64,000 nucleotides of DNA, taken from NCBI RefSeq assembly GCF_009914755.1, contig NC_060928.1. One strand, 5' to 3'. The DNA is from the human T2T-CHM13v2.0 reference genome, Homo sapiens. The position numbers and the translations under genes were made by a program. The notes under the pieces are model-generated. The model did not search any database. It had not been told where the DNA came from and saw only the letters and a list, made by a program, of their open reading frames with translations. Below are positions 1-14,470 of this stretch, in pieces (position 1 is the stretch's first letter; every line of letters starts with the position of its first letter).

Positions 1-499
1 CAGAAATAGATACTCATCTACTCTCCCAGCAATGCAACAATCTTAATGGAATAATATTTTCAAAATGAAAACTCTGCCCTAATGAAAGTCCCCTTTTTCA
101 TGAAAATAAGGAAGAGATATAACAATGTCAAGGCTCTTCATTTACTTGAATGATCTCATAGCCTCACCAAAAATGTATACTTAAGCCCAAGGATTATTTT
201 TTAGAAATAATAATGCTAAACTAACTGCAGAATATATTTAGCTGTAGATAATACAAACCAATAGACACTCAAACATTTTTTCTAAAAATGAAACTTATAA
301 ATATTTATTTTAAAGGGTCAACAGTGTAAGTTTTTGTAGCTTAAGCAAGTTTAATGCCACCATGTAAAATAGCTGAAGTAAAGAGATTCTGTATATTTAA
401 ACCTGTAATATGTTAACATCATTAGCTGAATTTTAGAATAGCAGACTTTGTTTTCATGTCCCAGAAACCAATTTGGTAGTAAACTAAGTTGCCCTTGGG

Positions 500-503
<4 letters not shown>

Positions 504-547
<44 letters not shown>

Positions 548-564
548 ATGTGTGTGTGTGTATG
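504..564. repeat. (GT)n microsatellite
   Basis: Pure GT run 504-544, then interrupted gcgcatgtgtg... to ~564. Confidence 0.97.
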
Positions 565-740
565 TAGTGAGTGAATAGCTCTCTTCAAGTATCTGAAGAG
601 CATCTTAAGAAAGAATGATGGGATTTATTCCTTGTGGAACAGAATTAGAATGTGACTCACACTCCCTGGAACTGTGTAATATGAAGCCTGTACAACTAAA
701 TGTGGTGACCCTGGTCCAAGAAATGAAAGGGATGAAAGCT

Positions 741-1230
741 TGATGGTTCCAAATATGGAAATTGACCTCTCCTCCCAGAATCTGTGCACCTTTGCAATGA
801 GACTTTGCAAACTTTCCCACCAACTGGAGGGACCTTTTTCCTCAGTCTTTGAACCTGGAATGACCCTGTGACTCACAGAGTCTCAGAGTGATATTGTGCC
901 AGGTCCAAGCCTAAGCCTCAAAAGCCTTTGCACACCTTTCCTCTTGTTCCTAGAACGCTGCTGCTGTGACATGAATGAGTTCAAACCACCCTGGTAGAGA
1001 ATAAGGGACCACAGCAAGGACAGACCAGCCATTCCAACTGATGCCATCCCAGACCAGCCAGACCCCAGCTGATCTTCCAGCTGCCCACAGATACATGACA
1101 GAGCCCAGCCACAATCAGCCTATCCTGGCCTGGTTCAGCAGAACCCACCCAGCCCATTGACTCAAGAGCAGTAACTAATGGTTGTTATCTTAAGCTAGTA
1201 AGAGTTGGGGTGGTTGTTTATGCAGCAAAA
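741..1230 (+). mobile_element. MLT1 (G/H-like) MaLR solo LTR
   Basis: Typical MLT1 motifs 'gcacctttgcaatgagactttgc' and 'ccagctgcccacagatacatgacagagcccagcc'; 3' end 'gttgttatcttaagctagtaagagttggggtggttgtttatgcagcaa'. Confidence 0.75.
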
Positions 1231-1974
1231 TCTGTTATCTTCCATGATGAATTCAAAGCTAGAACAAGTGTTGCACTTTGAGTTTTACAACAGGTAGATG
1301 GATGGATTTGGGGCATTGAACCTTAGAAGAAACAGGGCTAACTGTGAAAGAACAGAGTGCATCCCTGAGGAAGTAGAGATGCTTTCCTTCAAATGGTCAT
1401 CTGGCTTGTGCTGGTAGCTGGGCTAGTGAGATACAGTAGCAGCCAGCATGAAAGAGACTTTTCTCCGTGTGGTCCAGCTATGTCGGCAGGACAGAGAAAG
1501 GCCTGTGCTTGCTGCACAACAGTGAGAAGTCACTGTAGAGAGGAGGTACAGGATGTGGGCTCTCCTTGCTTTGGGGTTGGAGTTGGATGGACATCCTCTG
1601 TAGGCTGCTTAGGCTCTCAATGATCTCAGGAAGGGTCACGAGGGCCCCAATTCCCCAAGAGAGCCCACTGTTCTTCTTGTCAATCAGATAGATGAAATTA
1701 AAGAAAGTTCCAAAGTAATTTGGATTCATAGAAATGCTCACATCTCAAATATTAAAGACCTATCCATATATGCTACATCAAAATTAAACATCCCTTTGTG
1801 TGTCATTTAATACACACACTGTATCTTGAATCTGTCTTGAGTAATATTCATATTATTATTCTGCCTTTCTTTTGTTTTGATTTGCCTGATATAAATTCAT
1901 TAATCTTGTTTAAAAAGTCTGTAATGTAATATGCATTTTAAAAAACATGATAACCAGGCACCACTGCCAGAGTT

Positions 1975-2060
1975 TAGGTCCAAGGTGGGGCCTGAATGTC
2001 AGCACTTAATGTACCACGTAATGTTAACGTACAGCCAGGGCTGAGAACTGCTGATCTAGA
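1975..2060. mobile_element. MER5-family hAT-Charlie fragment
   Basis: 'ggtggggcctgaatgtcagcac...tacagccagggctgagaactgctg' resembles a MER5 end and TIR. Confidence 0.5.
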
Positions 2061-2469
2061 ACTTTCCCGTTTATCCTACCCAATGCACAAAATCTTTAGC
2101 ACAGATTTACTTCTCCGCTGCACCACCATATCCCCCAGGTTTTCTTGAAAACACCTGGAATTTTATTTCTTCAAGATTTGTTCTTTTTTTTTTTTTTTTA
2201 ACATTGTGCTTCTCACCTTCTGGGAATACTTTCCCTTTCATTTCAGCCTCAATAATAACAATTATTTAGGCCTAATTATGAGTTCAGCTGGCTCCTTTGC
2301 TCATCAGTGTGTCTTCTATTCAACCTCCCCTTCCATGGAGTTTATGAGTCAATCAAGATACTTTCAGCCGCCAGGAACAGACCTCACTGTCCTCCCTCCC
2401 CATCTCACCCTACAGCAGTGGTTTGTAGAGTGGGGGCATTTGGTATTTCACAACTAGAAGCCTGGCCAT

Positions 2470-2880
2470 AGTCCCTGTTGGTTAATCTAGCAGCTCTACC
2501 ATGTCATCAAGGCACCAGGTGTTCATCTTTCTGTTCTGCCAGGCTCAGCATACCAATGAGCCCTCTTATGGTTTTAAAATGGTGACAGTGTTTCCCAGTG
2601 TTATTTGCAGACAAATAGCATCTGAGACAGAAAAAGATATTTCCTCCCATAGGGCTTAAGGAAAACTTTTTCCAGAAGCACGCAGTGTTTTCTAGAACCT
2701 AGAGATAGATTCTCCTCTCCCATCACTGGCAAGGAGAATAAGATCACCATGCCTGGCTTAGTCTAACCATGATTCATTCCTTGTGGCTGAAGAGGGGCCA
2801 GCCTCTCCTGTACACGTCTATCTGGTACTTAGACAAAATTCTGAATTCTATTAGCAAGAAAGAAGGGGCTGTTAAAATAA
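2470..2880 (-). mobile_element. Old MLT1 (J/K-like) LTR
   Basis: 'cagctctaccatgtcatcaagg' and 'ccatcactggcaaggagaataagatcaccatg...cttagtctaaccatgattc' are MLT1K-like motifs. Confidence 0.55.
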
Positions 2881-2951
2881 TGATGTTTCTTATAATACAT
2901 GTAAAAAATTTTAAATTTATTTTGTTGTGTTTTCTCAAAAGAGATGCATAG

Positions 2952-3258
<307 letters not shown>

Positions 3259-3584
3259 TCATAGATGGTAAACTTATAGGGTTTATTTATTCAAAAAAAT
3301 GTCTTAACCCTCAAACTTGAATAATACTTTGGATAGAATGTTAGTCTAGGTTACAAATACTTGTTCATGATATACTTTTAATCATTTATCAAATTTAGCC
3401 AGAATCTTAAAATTAGTTTTAAATGATTTTAAAAGTCTACACGAACGCAAAAATAAGTACGGAATAAAAACATTATAAGCAACATAAAAGACAAATAATA
3501 AAGCAAGGAAGAAAGTTGCAACTTAGAGACTAAAGGCTAATTTTCTGAATATATAGTTTAAAAAAAAATAGGAGGGGAAAAACA

Positions 3585-4135
3585 GTGCATATTGTGGTTT
3601 CTAACCACCATTTCCCACTACCAGGAAACCAAAGATGCCTGGAGAAATAGCTCACTGTTAGTCTGGGACAGAAATGTAAAGAACTGGCCTTAAGAATAAC
3701 TTGAAGAGGTTCCTACTAGCCAAATATGAAATAATGTGAACATGAAGAAGAGTATTTAATGCATTGGCTTAAAACATCAATATATTAAAATCTGTCAGTT
3801 CACAATGATGCTTCAAAACAAAAAGAAATAAGTGAACACAAACACTTTGGTTAATCCTTGGAAGTAGCTAAGGCACAGATCATTTAGTCTAAAAATTAAT
3901 TTTAAAAAAAAGCATTTATTTTGTCTTTTTGGCACAAACTGTACCTCAGGGTAACCAAAAGGCTGATGAGGGGAAGTTTCTATTTACAGAAATATTTTAG
4001 CTAGTAAATGAAGAAAGAATGATCAAGCGGGTGCATCATCATTTTACAACCCCGAGGAAGTAATGCATCTTGACATTGACTGTCAACAGCTGCCTCACAT
4101 CATGGAATGAGAACCAGACCTAATGTCTCATCATA
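3585..4135 (+). mobile_element. Old L1M (MC/ME-type) 3' UTR fragment
   Basis: 'gtacctcagggtaaccaaa...gatgaggggaagtttctatttacagaaatattttagctagtaaatgaagaaagaatgat' is characteristic of old L1M 3' ends. Confidence 0.65.
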
Positions 4136-4154
4136 GAAAGACTTAATGACAGAT

Positions 4155-4427
4155 CACAAGAAGGGTGAAGACAGTAAAATGAAATATTGAGAAAGAGAGA
4201 GAGAGATCACATTCACATAACTTTTATTACAGTATATTGTTATAATTTATTATTGTTATTAATCTATTACTGTGCTTAATTTATAAATTAAACTTTATCA
4301 TAGCCTGTTTATCTAGGAAAAAACATAGTGTATTCAGTACTTAGTATAGCGGATTCTATACAGTCCACAATTTCAGGCATCCACTGGGGGTCTTGGAATG
4401 TATCCCTATGGATAAGGGGGACTACTG
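4155..4427 (+). mobile_element. MER44/Tigger7 MITE, 3' part
   Basis: 'cacattcacataacttttattacagtatattg...caggcatccactgggggtcttggaatgtatccctatggataagggggactactg' followed by a TA target. Confidence 0.85.
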
Positions 4428-4715
4428 TATGTGGAAAAGACTTTAAATGAAATGCTCAATTATGATTAGCTTTCAGAGAATCCATTTTATTTTTTATATT
4501 TGAAATGCTCTCAAGCCTCTGAACATACTAACTCAAATTTTCAAAACTTTATATCTTTTCCATCTCATTAACTCTGCTTCCTTGGATTTTTTTCCTCAAT
4601 TTTTTTCAGACGGATTTGCTATTTCATGTTGTTTTCTTACAAAGTTTAGTGATTCCTGGCTGCCTGTTTACACTTACAAAGAAGACATAGAATTATTAAT
4701 ATTCATAGTAAGCAT

Positions 4716-4940
4716 GGCACCATTATAACTTTCATGGGCCCCTTTCTCCATACAAAAATATTAAAAATTATATTTGGTAGCTGCATTGGTATAAAGATGA
4801 ATGTATTTCATGCTAAAGTGTATTCATTTTTTAAAATTCTGATTTCAAAAGAAATTAGAACATTTTATTGGGCCCCTAACAGTGTCATGGGCCCCAGGCA
4901 CAGGCACTGTGCCCATTATGCCTAGTGGAGAGGCCTGGCA
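4716..4940. mobile_element. hAT-type MITE (family not assigned)
   Basis: Repeated 'catgggccc' near both ends and 'gggcccctaacagtgtcatgggccccaggcac...tgtgcccattatgcctagtgga' around an AT-rich core. Confidence 0.5.
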
Positions 4941-6424
4941 GTGGAAGGAGGTTGTTCTCAGTGCATGGGATTGTGGATTATAATTACAGGGAGCCATGCA
5001 AAAGAGGCATAGGCCTCTTTTCAGGGTTTACAAAGAGTCTGTGTGCCTTTAGGGTACAGGGACTCCAGCCACCTGGCAGCAGCTAGACCTTCCCTCGGGC
5101 ACGATCGTATACTTGTTTTCACCTCTAAGGCACAAGTTCAGAAAACTCAGAGGCAAATCAACCATTCTACCAGGAATGTGTTCTCTTGAATTCATGCTAA
5201 GGGCAAACCCTAAGCCCATCCACACTGAAGGTGCTGGGCAGGCTCAGTGATTTGGCAGCCTTTTAACTAGCAACCCTGCCAACTCTGGCGAGGCTTCTTC
5301 CCATTTGCCAGCCATTGCCACATATTGTAATTGTTCACCCAGAGTCCTTTTGGGAAACTTCACTTTTTCAGGGGCCTCCTTCTTTGTATTGTGTTGTGGA
5401 TTCCCCCACAACTGCTGTTACTGATTTGATCCCCTTTTCTGTTTATGCCCTAGAAATACCTCAGTGTTGCTGATCTACTGAAGTCTTTGTTCCTGACTTG
5501 CCAGGACTGCCTTGGAATCTGTCTTGTTTTTATATTACTTCTGTTATTTCAGTACAATTTGGAGATGAACAAAAATTGTCATATGTGCTTTAATAACCAT
5601 TTTAGACTGATGTGTAAAATATTAAATTTGTTGTAGATAATGTTGTAAGTATAAATAAAGAAATGTAATAGTAACTTATGTCAGCCACCTGGGTATCTCC
5701 CAGTCCTCTGGCTTGCACTAGCAAAACATATTTTTGTTGTTCAAAATATGAATGGGAAATTTATCTTTCAGCTCATCATCTCTTTAAGTTAGCTTTCCTG
5801 TTTCTTCAGAATATTTAACCTATTTTGCATCTCACTTCCTAGTGATGCTGATTTCTCTCCACCCCATTACATCCAATGATTGTTATAGCTTTCTATTACA
5901 TCTCAAAATCAGGAAGTATGATTCATCTAACTTTATTCTTCTTTTTCAAAATTATTTTGGCTATTACAGGTCATTTGTCTTTTTATATAAATTTTTAAAT
6001 CAGTGTGTATATATGTTTAAAAGGCTGTTTGGATTTTAATTGGAATTGTATTAAATCTATAGATCACTTTGGAGAGAATTTACATCTTTGCTAAATTAAG
6101 TCTTCCAACTCATTAATATATGTCTGTCCATTTATTTAGGTTTTCTTTTATTGCTTTCAGCAGTATTTTGTTGTCAGCACACACATTTTGTAAATGTTAT
6201 ATTAAATATTTTCCTAAGTATTCAGTTTTCTTTGAAGCAATTATAAATGGCATTGCCTTTTAAATTTTGGTTTCCATGTGCTCATTGTTAGTTTATAGAA
6301 ATGAGATTGATTTTTAAATCTTATATTTATGACCTTGCTGAACTCATTAATTCTAAAAGTATTTTTGTATATTCCTTGATATTTTCTATGTAGACAGTCA
6401 TGTCATCTACAAATAAGAATAGTC

Positions 6425-6727
<303 letters not shown>

Positions 6728-6946
6728 TTATTTCTTTTTTCCTAGCCTACATGAATTTTATGTCTTTTTGCTTGCTTTATTGCTCTGGCTAAGATTTTGA
6801 ATCTGATGTTGAATAAAAGGGTTTAGTGTGAACAATTATGCCTGTTCCCCATTTTAGAGAGAAAGCATTCAGTCTTTCACCACTAATAATAATGTTACCT
6901 GTAGGTTTCCTGTAGATGTTTATGATTAGGTTGAAGAAGTTCTATC

Positions 6947-7314
6947 TGTATTAGTCTGTTCTCACACTGTTAATAAAGACATACCTGGGACTGGGTAACT
7001 TACAAAGGAAAGAGATTTAATGGACTCACAGTTACAAATGCTTGGGGAGGCTTCACAATCATGGCAAAAGGCAAAGGAGGAGCAAAGTCACATCTTATAT
7101 GGCAGCAGGCAAAAGAGAGCATGTGCAGGGGAACTCCCCTTTATAAAAACCATTAGCTCTTGTGAGACTTATTCACTATCATGAGAATAGCATGGGACAA
7201 ACCTGCCCCCCATGATTCAGTTACTTCCCACCAGGCCCCTCCCTCAACATGTGGGAATTATGGGAGCTACAATTCAAGGTGAGATTTGGGTGGTAACACA
7301 GCAAAACCATATCA
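6947..7314 (-). mobile_element. THE1 (C-like) solo LTR
   Basis: tgtattagtc...aaaccatatca termini and typical THE1 body. Confidence 0.92.
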
Positions 7315-7430
7315 GTCTTCAGTGAGAGATTTTATCTTGGATGGATGTAAACTTTGTCAAATTATTTTTCTGCACCAATAGATAGAGTCCTGTGTTTTTT
7401 CTTCTATAGACTGTTAATATGGTGGGCTAC

Positions 7431-7920
7431 TGGATGACTCAAAGTTCTTTGGAGAAACAGAATGAATAAAATGTATATGCATATATACATTTTATACATA
7501 TACATACATATGTGTGTGATATTTATTATAAGGAATTGGTTTGTGTGATTATGGAGGCTGGCAAATCCAAAATCTGCAGAGCTCATGTCCCAGTTTGAAT
7601 CCAAAGGCTGGCAGGCTACTGTACAAGGAAGATCCTATGCCCCAGTGTGAAAGCCATCAGGCAGGAAGAGCCTGTGTTCTAGCCTGAAGGCTATCAGGCA
7701 GGAGAATTCTCTCTCTCTCCTGCTAAAGGGTCATTTTGTTCCATTTGAGCTTTCAACTGATTGGATGAGATCCACCCAAGTTAGAGAGGGCAATGTGCTT
7801 TACTCATTCTACTGATTTACATGTTAATCTCATCCAAAAACACCCTCATAGAAACAGATGGGATAAATATCTGGGCACCCCATGGCTCAGTCAAGTTGTC
7901 ACATAAAATTACTTATCACA
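7431..7920 (-). mobile_element. MLT2 (ERVL) solo LTR
   Basis: 'tttattataaggaattggtttgtgtgattatggaggctggcaaatcc', 'ttcaactgattggatgag', end 'caagttgtcacataaaattacttatcaca'; imperfect TSD gctac/actac. Confidence 0.88.
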
Positions 7921-8269
7921 ACTACAGTGGTCGATTTTCAAATATCAAAGCAGCTTTACATTCTCAGGATAAACCCACTTGGTAATGGATTCCATTGTAT
8001 AATATTTTTGTTGAGGTTTTTGTGTTATGTTCATGAGGGATATTGGTCTGTAGTTTTCTTTTTGTACTGTGTTTCTCTGGTGTTGATTTAGGGTAATGCT
8101 GGCCTTGTAAAATGAATTGGGGAGTACTCTCTCCACTTTTATTTTCCAAAGAGATTGTACAGCATTGTTATTTCTTCCTTAAATGTTTGTAGAATTAGAC
8201 AGTGAAACCATCAAAGCAAGTGGATTTTATTTCAGAAGATGTTTAACAATAAATTCAATTTATTTGGTC

Positions 8270-8780
8270 AACTTCAGGAAATTTTCAGTCATTATTCCTT
8301 TACCTATTTTACTAGCACTAGACCCTTTATCTTCTCCTTCTTTAACTTTAGAGACACAAATATCAGGCTTCTTGCTATTGTCCTCCTCTACTGTTGAGGC
8401 TGGATAATTTCTATTGTTCAATCTTTAAGTTCATTTACTTTCTCCTCTGTCATATCCATTCTGTTATTTAGTCCATCTAGTTAATTTTTTAATTTTTATT
8501 ATATACCTCACAGTTCCAAATTTCCATTTGCTTCTTATCTTACACTTTTCACTGTGACTTTCTATTCTTCCATCCACTTTAGCGGTGTTTGCAAACTTTC
8601 TTGAAGCATTTTTACAATTGCTGCATTCAAATCTTTGTCTGATAATACAAACATTTGTGTTGCCATGGTTATAGGGGTCTTTTCATTGTTCTTTTCTACG
8701 CAAGTTAAGATTTCACTGGTCCTCTGAATGCTAACGAAGTTTGCATTGGATAGGTACCCAGGAATGAAATGTATATTAAA
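8270..8780 (-). mobile_element. Old L1M ORF1-side fragment
   Basis: 'ggaaattttcagtcattatt', 'ataatttctattgttcaatctttaagttcattt...ccattctgttatttagtccatctag'. Confidence 0.6.
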
Positions 8781-9374
8781 AACACAATTTTGAAGGAAAG
8801 AAAAAAAACTTTTCTGCTTCAAAATTAATACCTATTTATTATAGAAGAAATGTTTTTGAAACTAATAAACAAAAAAGAAAATAAAATTACCTATAACTTA
8901 ACTATATACAGATGATTTTTTTTCCTCCACTTATATATAATCTCTCTCTGTCTCAGAATGCATCTGAAGTTTAATTTCCACATAATTAATTTGATTTACT
9001 AAGGTCTACTCTTTACTTCCTCAAATACAGATTTTAATTCTCTGATTGCAATATTAGCTTTCTTTTAATCATCCCTTTCCTCATCCTGATCCCTCCTTAT
9101 TTCATTTTGTTGCCTTTATGTCTTATCCTTTTGCCTTTTGAATTTATAATGTCATATTATTTCCCATCCTATTACCTCTCTAATCAGTTCCTGATCTCCT
9201 GTGAAGGCCATGTTCTCCTGACATTATTGAGGATTCCAAAACATTTCTAGTGTTCTTTTGGGTCCAGTGGAAGTCATTTTCCAACAACTGTGCTTCTGCT
9301 GAATTTTGAGGTGTTATTAAGTTTGCAACAATATTCATAGGTTGTTGTCACTTTACACCTTTTTCCCACTCAAG

Positions 9375-9541
9375 TGATAATGACGTTTGTAGAATTAATA
9401 TTCCTGATTTTCCCAATATAGAAAGAATAAGCGGTATGAGATAGCCTCTAAACGTCTCACTAATGATAATGAACTTTGTAGAATTAATATTCCTGAATTT
9501 CCCAATATAGAAAGAATAGGTGATATGAAGTGCCTCTAAAC
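9375..9541. repeat. 89-bp tandem duplication (~2 copies)
   Basis: tgataatga..tttgtagaattaatattcctga.tttcccaatatagaaagaata...gcctctaaac begins at 9375 and again at 9464. Confidence 0.92.
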
Positions 9542-11059
9542 TATTCCCAGCATCCATTAGACCTTTATATATTTAGATACATAAATCTATTGGACTTATG
9601 GAGTGAGGATTATGCCAGCTAGGGTGCTTTGGGTACAAGTAACATAATAACAAAGACAGGGTCGGGTTTCAGGTTTAGTAGGACCACATCTCTAAACACC
9701 TCTGTTTCCACTTTGTTTTCAGTTGGATTTTGTTTGCAGCTGTGGAAGTTCTATGCACTTCACTATCCAGAAAAATCTCTGAGATTTTATTCTATTCTCA
9801 AAATAATCAAGAGTCTCAGGTTGCATGCATTTTGGATCAACTTAAATTATGTGCTCATGCTCTAAGCTACTAGGGGCTGTCATAAGAACCTCCCAGATTT
9901 CATTTTTCATATGGTAGTAAGCAGTCTGCATCCCACCAAATCTATACACATCGTGTGAGCTATCCCTAAAGAGGAAGAGGTTGGATATTAAATATCATTC
10001 CCCCAACGTACACACACACAATGCCTACTACAAGGAAGATGTCCACACCTAGACCACTGGCACTATGAGTGAATGGAATACATGTTCTCCCAGCCACAGC
10101 TCCTACATTCAGCACTTATTTATGGAGATGAATCTCTAAGAATGTGACAGCGAATTATAATTTATCAGCCAGGCAGAGCCCGTTGGTTTTATTTAATGAT
10201 TCATGGGTATATCTCTAATTTTTTTAATCCAACATAATCAATCTTATAGCTGGCAGAAATTTCATCCCAAATTCTAACAGTAAGATATCTGTTAGGATCA
10301 ATTTCAATTTTGTTCTGCATTTTTTATAAGATGGGCCAGGTGCTAGCCATTTCCACCATAGATACTTAAATTTCTCAAAATGTTATTTTATATTCAGCTA
10401 TCTTAAGTATCAAGTTAATTTTTTTGTTCCACAAGTAATTTGAGAAACATTCAATGAAACAATTTAAAAATATCTCCCATGAATGTGAAATTCCATAGTA
10501 GATAAAAGCATAGTTTAAAAAATAAATCAAGACGATGTAATACAAAAGCACAAATACTGCAAACCAAAAAGAATAATCAGATCAATTATCCTTATTGTTT
10601 TTGGTGGAAAATTTTATTTTCTCTAATTGAGCCTCAAATTTGATTCTGAGCTTACCAGCAGCCAAAGGAAAAATGGAGACATAGTTAGATCATTCCCAAA
10701 TATCAAACTGTAATAGTTCTTTAAAAATTTAATTTTTTCATGACACTAAATATATAATGAGTATATAGGGAGTTCTGAGCATCATAGTAGAATATCTTCC
10801 TTGTCAACATTCCTTTAAGTAATACATTTGCAAGATCCTTTTAACTGTTTTTATAGTATATTTCAATATACACCAAAATAACTGAAAAGTTATAATTAAC
10901 AATAGTTTCATTAAAGACATTCTGTGAGAGGCTGAGTAATATGTTGCAAGTACATGGCCTTTCTATGATTCAATTTGATCCTAGGACAAAGTTTTAAATA
11001 TCTTGATAAATTCTTAGACTATGAATTCTTCAGATAATCTGTTTATTTCTTCTCTCAGG

Positions 11060-11237
11060 CTTTTGACAGTGTTTCATGGTCTTTCATTCAATTCTTTCAA
11101 CAACCTGAGGTAATACTCTTATTTTCACTAAGTTACATGTAAGGAAGTAGAAGCTCAGGGAATGAAATGTTTCACTGATGGTCAAACAGCAAGTAAATGT
11201 CTTGGAAGAGACTTAAACACAGGTGCTCTGATTCCAG
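11060..11237 (-). mobile_element. MIR
   Basis: 'caacaacctgaggt...aaggaagtagaagctcaggga...gatggtcaaacagcaagtaaatg...gctctgattccaga'. Confidence 0.6.
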
Positions 11238-11249
11238 ATTTTAAAACTG

Positions 11250-11345
11250 CATTTATTAAGCACCTATTGTGATTAGGCAGTGCTCTAGGGGATGGGGGTA
11301 GTTGACTAAAATATAATTCCTGCTCTCAAAGAACTAGTAGAAAAA
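11250..11345 (-). mobile_element. L2 3' end fragment
   Basis: 'atttattaagcacctattgtgattaggcagtgctctagggg...cctgctctcaaagaact'. Confidence 0.6.
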
Positions 11346-13780
11346 ACAGATACACAAAAATATCATTTTATACAATTCAGCCAATGCTCTTTGCTTTCAT
11401 TATACCAAGGATGCAAAACCAGTACTCATGGAGTAGTAATTTTGGCCATATAAGATTGTTGGATAGGAACAAACATTTCCGAACAACTCTCTCAGATCAT
11501 GGTCTAAATTGTGTGATACACTATTGCTAAAAACTCCATAAATATTGAAAGAAACACAGATGAAAAGGACGGGAGGAGTGATTGCTTCATGCAGTTACTG
11601 AGCCTCTTTTGGAAAAATCAGAAGGAAGAGGGAAAAACATTCCATTTATTCCCAGGATGATCATAACTAATTTGTACGGTTATTCTTGGCCATACTAAGA
11701 AAATAGCATTTGGTGACAAAATGTGGTTCTGAGGATGAAAAGCTTTCAAAGTCAGATGAGACTATCTTGGTTCAAATATTTCAAATTCTGAGAAGTAAAC
11801 CATTTGGTTGGTGGTGGTGCTAGTGGTGACTTTACTTAAAATGACAAATTCCTGAATGCCCTACCCTAGAAGTGGCTCAGTAGGACCTGGATGACCATCT
11901 GTGAGGAAAGTCAGAAAGGTTGACTTGGCATTAATCATGTTTCACTCATAGATAATGAAATTATCTTGGAAATCAAATCTCACATAAACTCAACATATAA
12001 AATAGATGAAAGGGGAGTTACTCTAGTTGACTGAATCCAGGGTAAGGGGAGGAGGTCCACCCACACCGTGCCTTGTCACTTTCTCACTGACCACACCTCC
12101 AGGTGATCAGTGGAAGCACTATTCGAAAAAAAAAAAAAAAATGGTGGGACTGGTCCTCCCAGTTCAAAGGGTCACAGATCCTAGGATGTTACAAAATAAT
12201 AGACAATGGTGACTTTCCCTCAAATGGCTGCTGCAGATGTTAGCAGCCTTTAGGGAAGTAATAATAATTTACATTTCTGGGTCTTTTCTAGCTGGCCACT
12301 TCAGTGGTTCAAACTCAGACAAAGTAGACAGACTCTGGGAGCAATGATTAAAAAGAAAATAAAAAAAACAGCTCACAGTAATGACTCCTCCCAAGAAAAT
12401 ACCTAGCAATCTTTCAGCTACAGTAACAGTAATCCCAAACCCACTACAGCATCTAATTGAAATATTGATTCTTCAGTTAGATCTCTAACTTAAAATTCCA
12501 GAGCAGAGAGCTCCCCACCACATACACCCCTTCACAGAATCACCGCACAGAGCACATAGTGTTTCCTTCACATTAAGCTTCCCCAGGCTTTCATTTCAAT
12601 TAGTCGTAAAAAAAAATCAAGAAGTAAAGTATTGTCGGAAAGATTCCAGTCAGTATTTTATTGCCTGAAACAGTTCTCAAGATTAACCATTTCATAGCAG
12701 AACGGGAGTTCTGCAAAAAGAGCAATGCCTTTGTTTACAGGTAGGACACTAAGGATAAAGTAAACAAAGTCTACTTTCCTGTCAGTGACTTATCCAACAT
12801 GTTTGCATTACACAATCTCATCTGTGACATTAAAATTTAAACAAGCACTCAATTTGTGCCAAGAAATTACCACAAATCCAACTTTTGCTATCCTTGTATT
12901 TTCATTTAGATTCTAAGAGCAACAAAACCCCTTGATGTTATTATCTCCTATGAATACTAATTATCTCACTACAACTGTGTGTCTGCTAATCTTCCAGAAA
13001 TAATGTGAGAATTACTGGGATGCGATAGGAGCAGAATGGAATTAGAAACCTATTTTGTGAATTTGTCAAAACTACCAGCTTTCTAAGAGTGGTAAAAGCA
13101 CACATCCAGAAATTCTTTCATAAAAGGACAAATTACCGCAATGAAGATAAATGATGATTCTTAATGGCTCACTTTGAGTACAGATGAGTTGCTAGGTCAG
13201 GGCCAGCATTCTGTGAGTTCTTTTATCCTTACAATAAGTTTATTTCACAGAACCTAGTATTTTCATCTCAGAGCACCAGCTTCAACTCCAGATAAGACCT
13301 GGTTTTAATCATGCCTAATGGTTCTGGTTCCTAGGAGAATAAGCATGAAGGTGAAAATCTCCTCTCCAGCAGGGAGGGGAATAAACTTGTTCTGGGGACG
13401 AGGACCTAATCTGCCCCTCTAAAAGCAGGAAAATATTTATCACAGCACAGTGTCTGACACGTTGTTGGTCTCAAATATTTGTAATTAGAAATTCTGAATG
13501 AAGGTGTTACTGTGCTTTGCTTATCCAGAGCTGAAAACAATATACTCATGAACTGTTGTGCTTGAAGGAACCTTTGCTGTCTTCTCCTTAGGTTGCCCCA
13601 TTTTGCAGTGGTAACTGAGACTGCAAGCAAGTAAGAAACTGAGGCATAGTAGGTGAATGGGTCTGCCACAGGAATACATGTGGTCACATCGGGCAAACCA
13701 GAATGATACTGTGTTTATTTCCTGAAACTCTGATCAATGCTCTTTCCTCTACTGCAAAATCCAAAATCCTACAGCATCTC

Positions 13781-14153
13781 TGTATTAGTCCATTCTCAGG
13801 CTACTATGAAGAAATACCCAAGACTGGGAAATTTCTAACGAAAAGAGGTTTAATTGATTCATAGTTCCTCATGGCTGGGAAGGCCTCAGGAAACTTGCAG
13901 TCATGGCAGAAAGGGAAGCAAACATGTCCTTCTTCACAAAGCAGCAGGAGAGAGCAGTGCCAATCAAAGGGAGAAAAGCCTCTTATAAAACCATCAGATC
14001 TCGTGAGGACTCACTCACTATCATGAGAACAGCATGGAGGTAACTGCCCCATGATGTAATTACCTCCCACCACTTCCCTCCCATGACACGTGGGGATTAT
14101 GGGAACTACAATTCAAGATGAGATTTGGGTGTGGACACAGCTGAATCATATCA
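13781..14153 (-). mobile_element. THE1D-like solo LTR
   Basis: tgtattagtcc...atcatatca termini; 'gaagcaaacatgtccttcttcaca' and 'aaaagcctcttataaaaccatcagatctc'. Confidence 0.92.
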
Positions 14154-14419
14154 CCTTCAAAACCAAGTGTCAGGCATTTCTCTAAGTCATTTTCTTTCCC
14201 TACCCTTGGTTCACTGCAGTGGTCTGGGTACTGTCACCTTTTTCTGGACCCTGACCACAGGCAGGGTTTCTCTAATCCCAGTCTTGCCCACTCTGATCTC
14301 TTCAAATGACTCTCAACTTCAACTAGGCTCAAAAGACCATTTTATCTATTTCATCACTGAAACCTTTCCTCATATTTTTGATCTACAGAACTGCTGAACT
14401 GCTTACGGTGTAAAGGTGT

Positions 14420-14470
14420 ATACATACACACGCGTTCACACACACACGCGTTCACACACACACACACACA
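14420..14470. repeat. Interrupted (CA)n with a duplicated cgcgtt unit
   Basis: cacacgcgttcacacacacacgcgttcacacacacacacaca. Confidence 0.85.
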
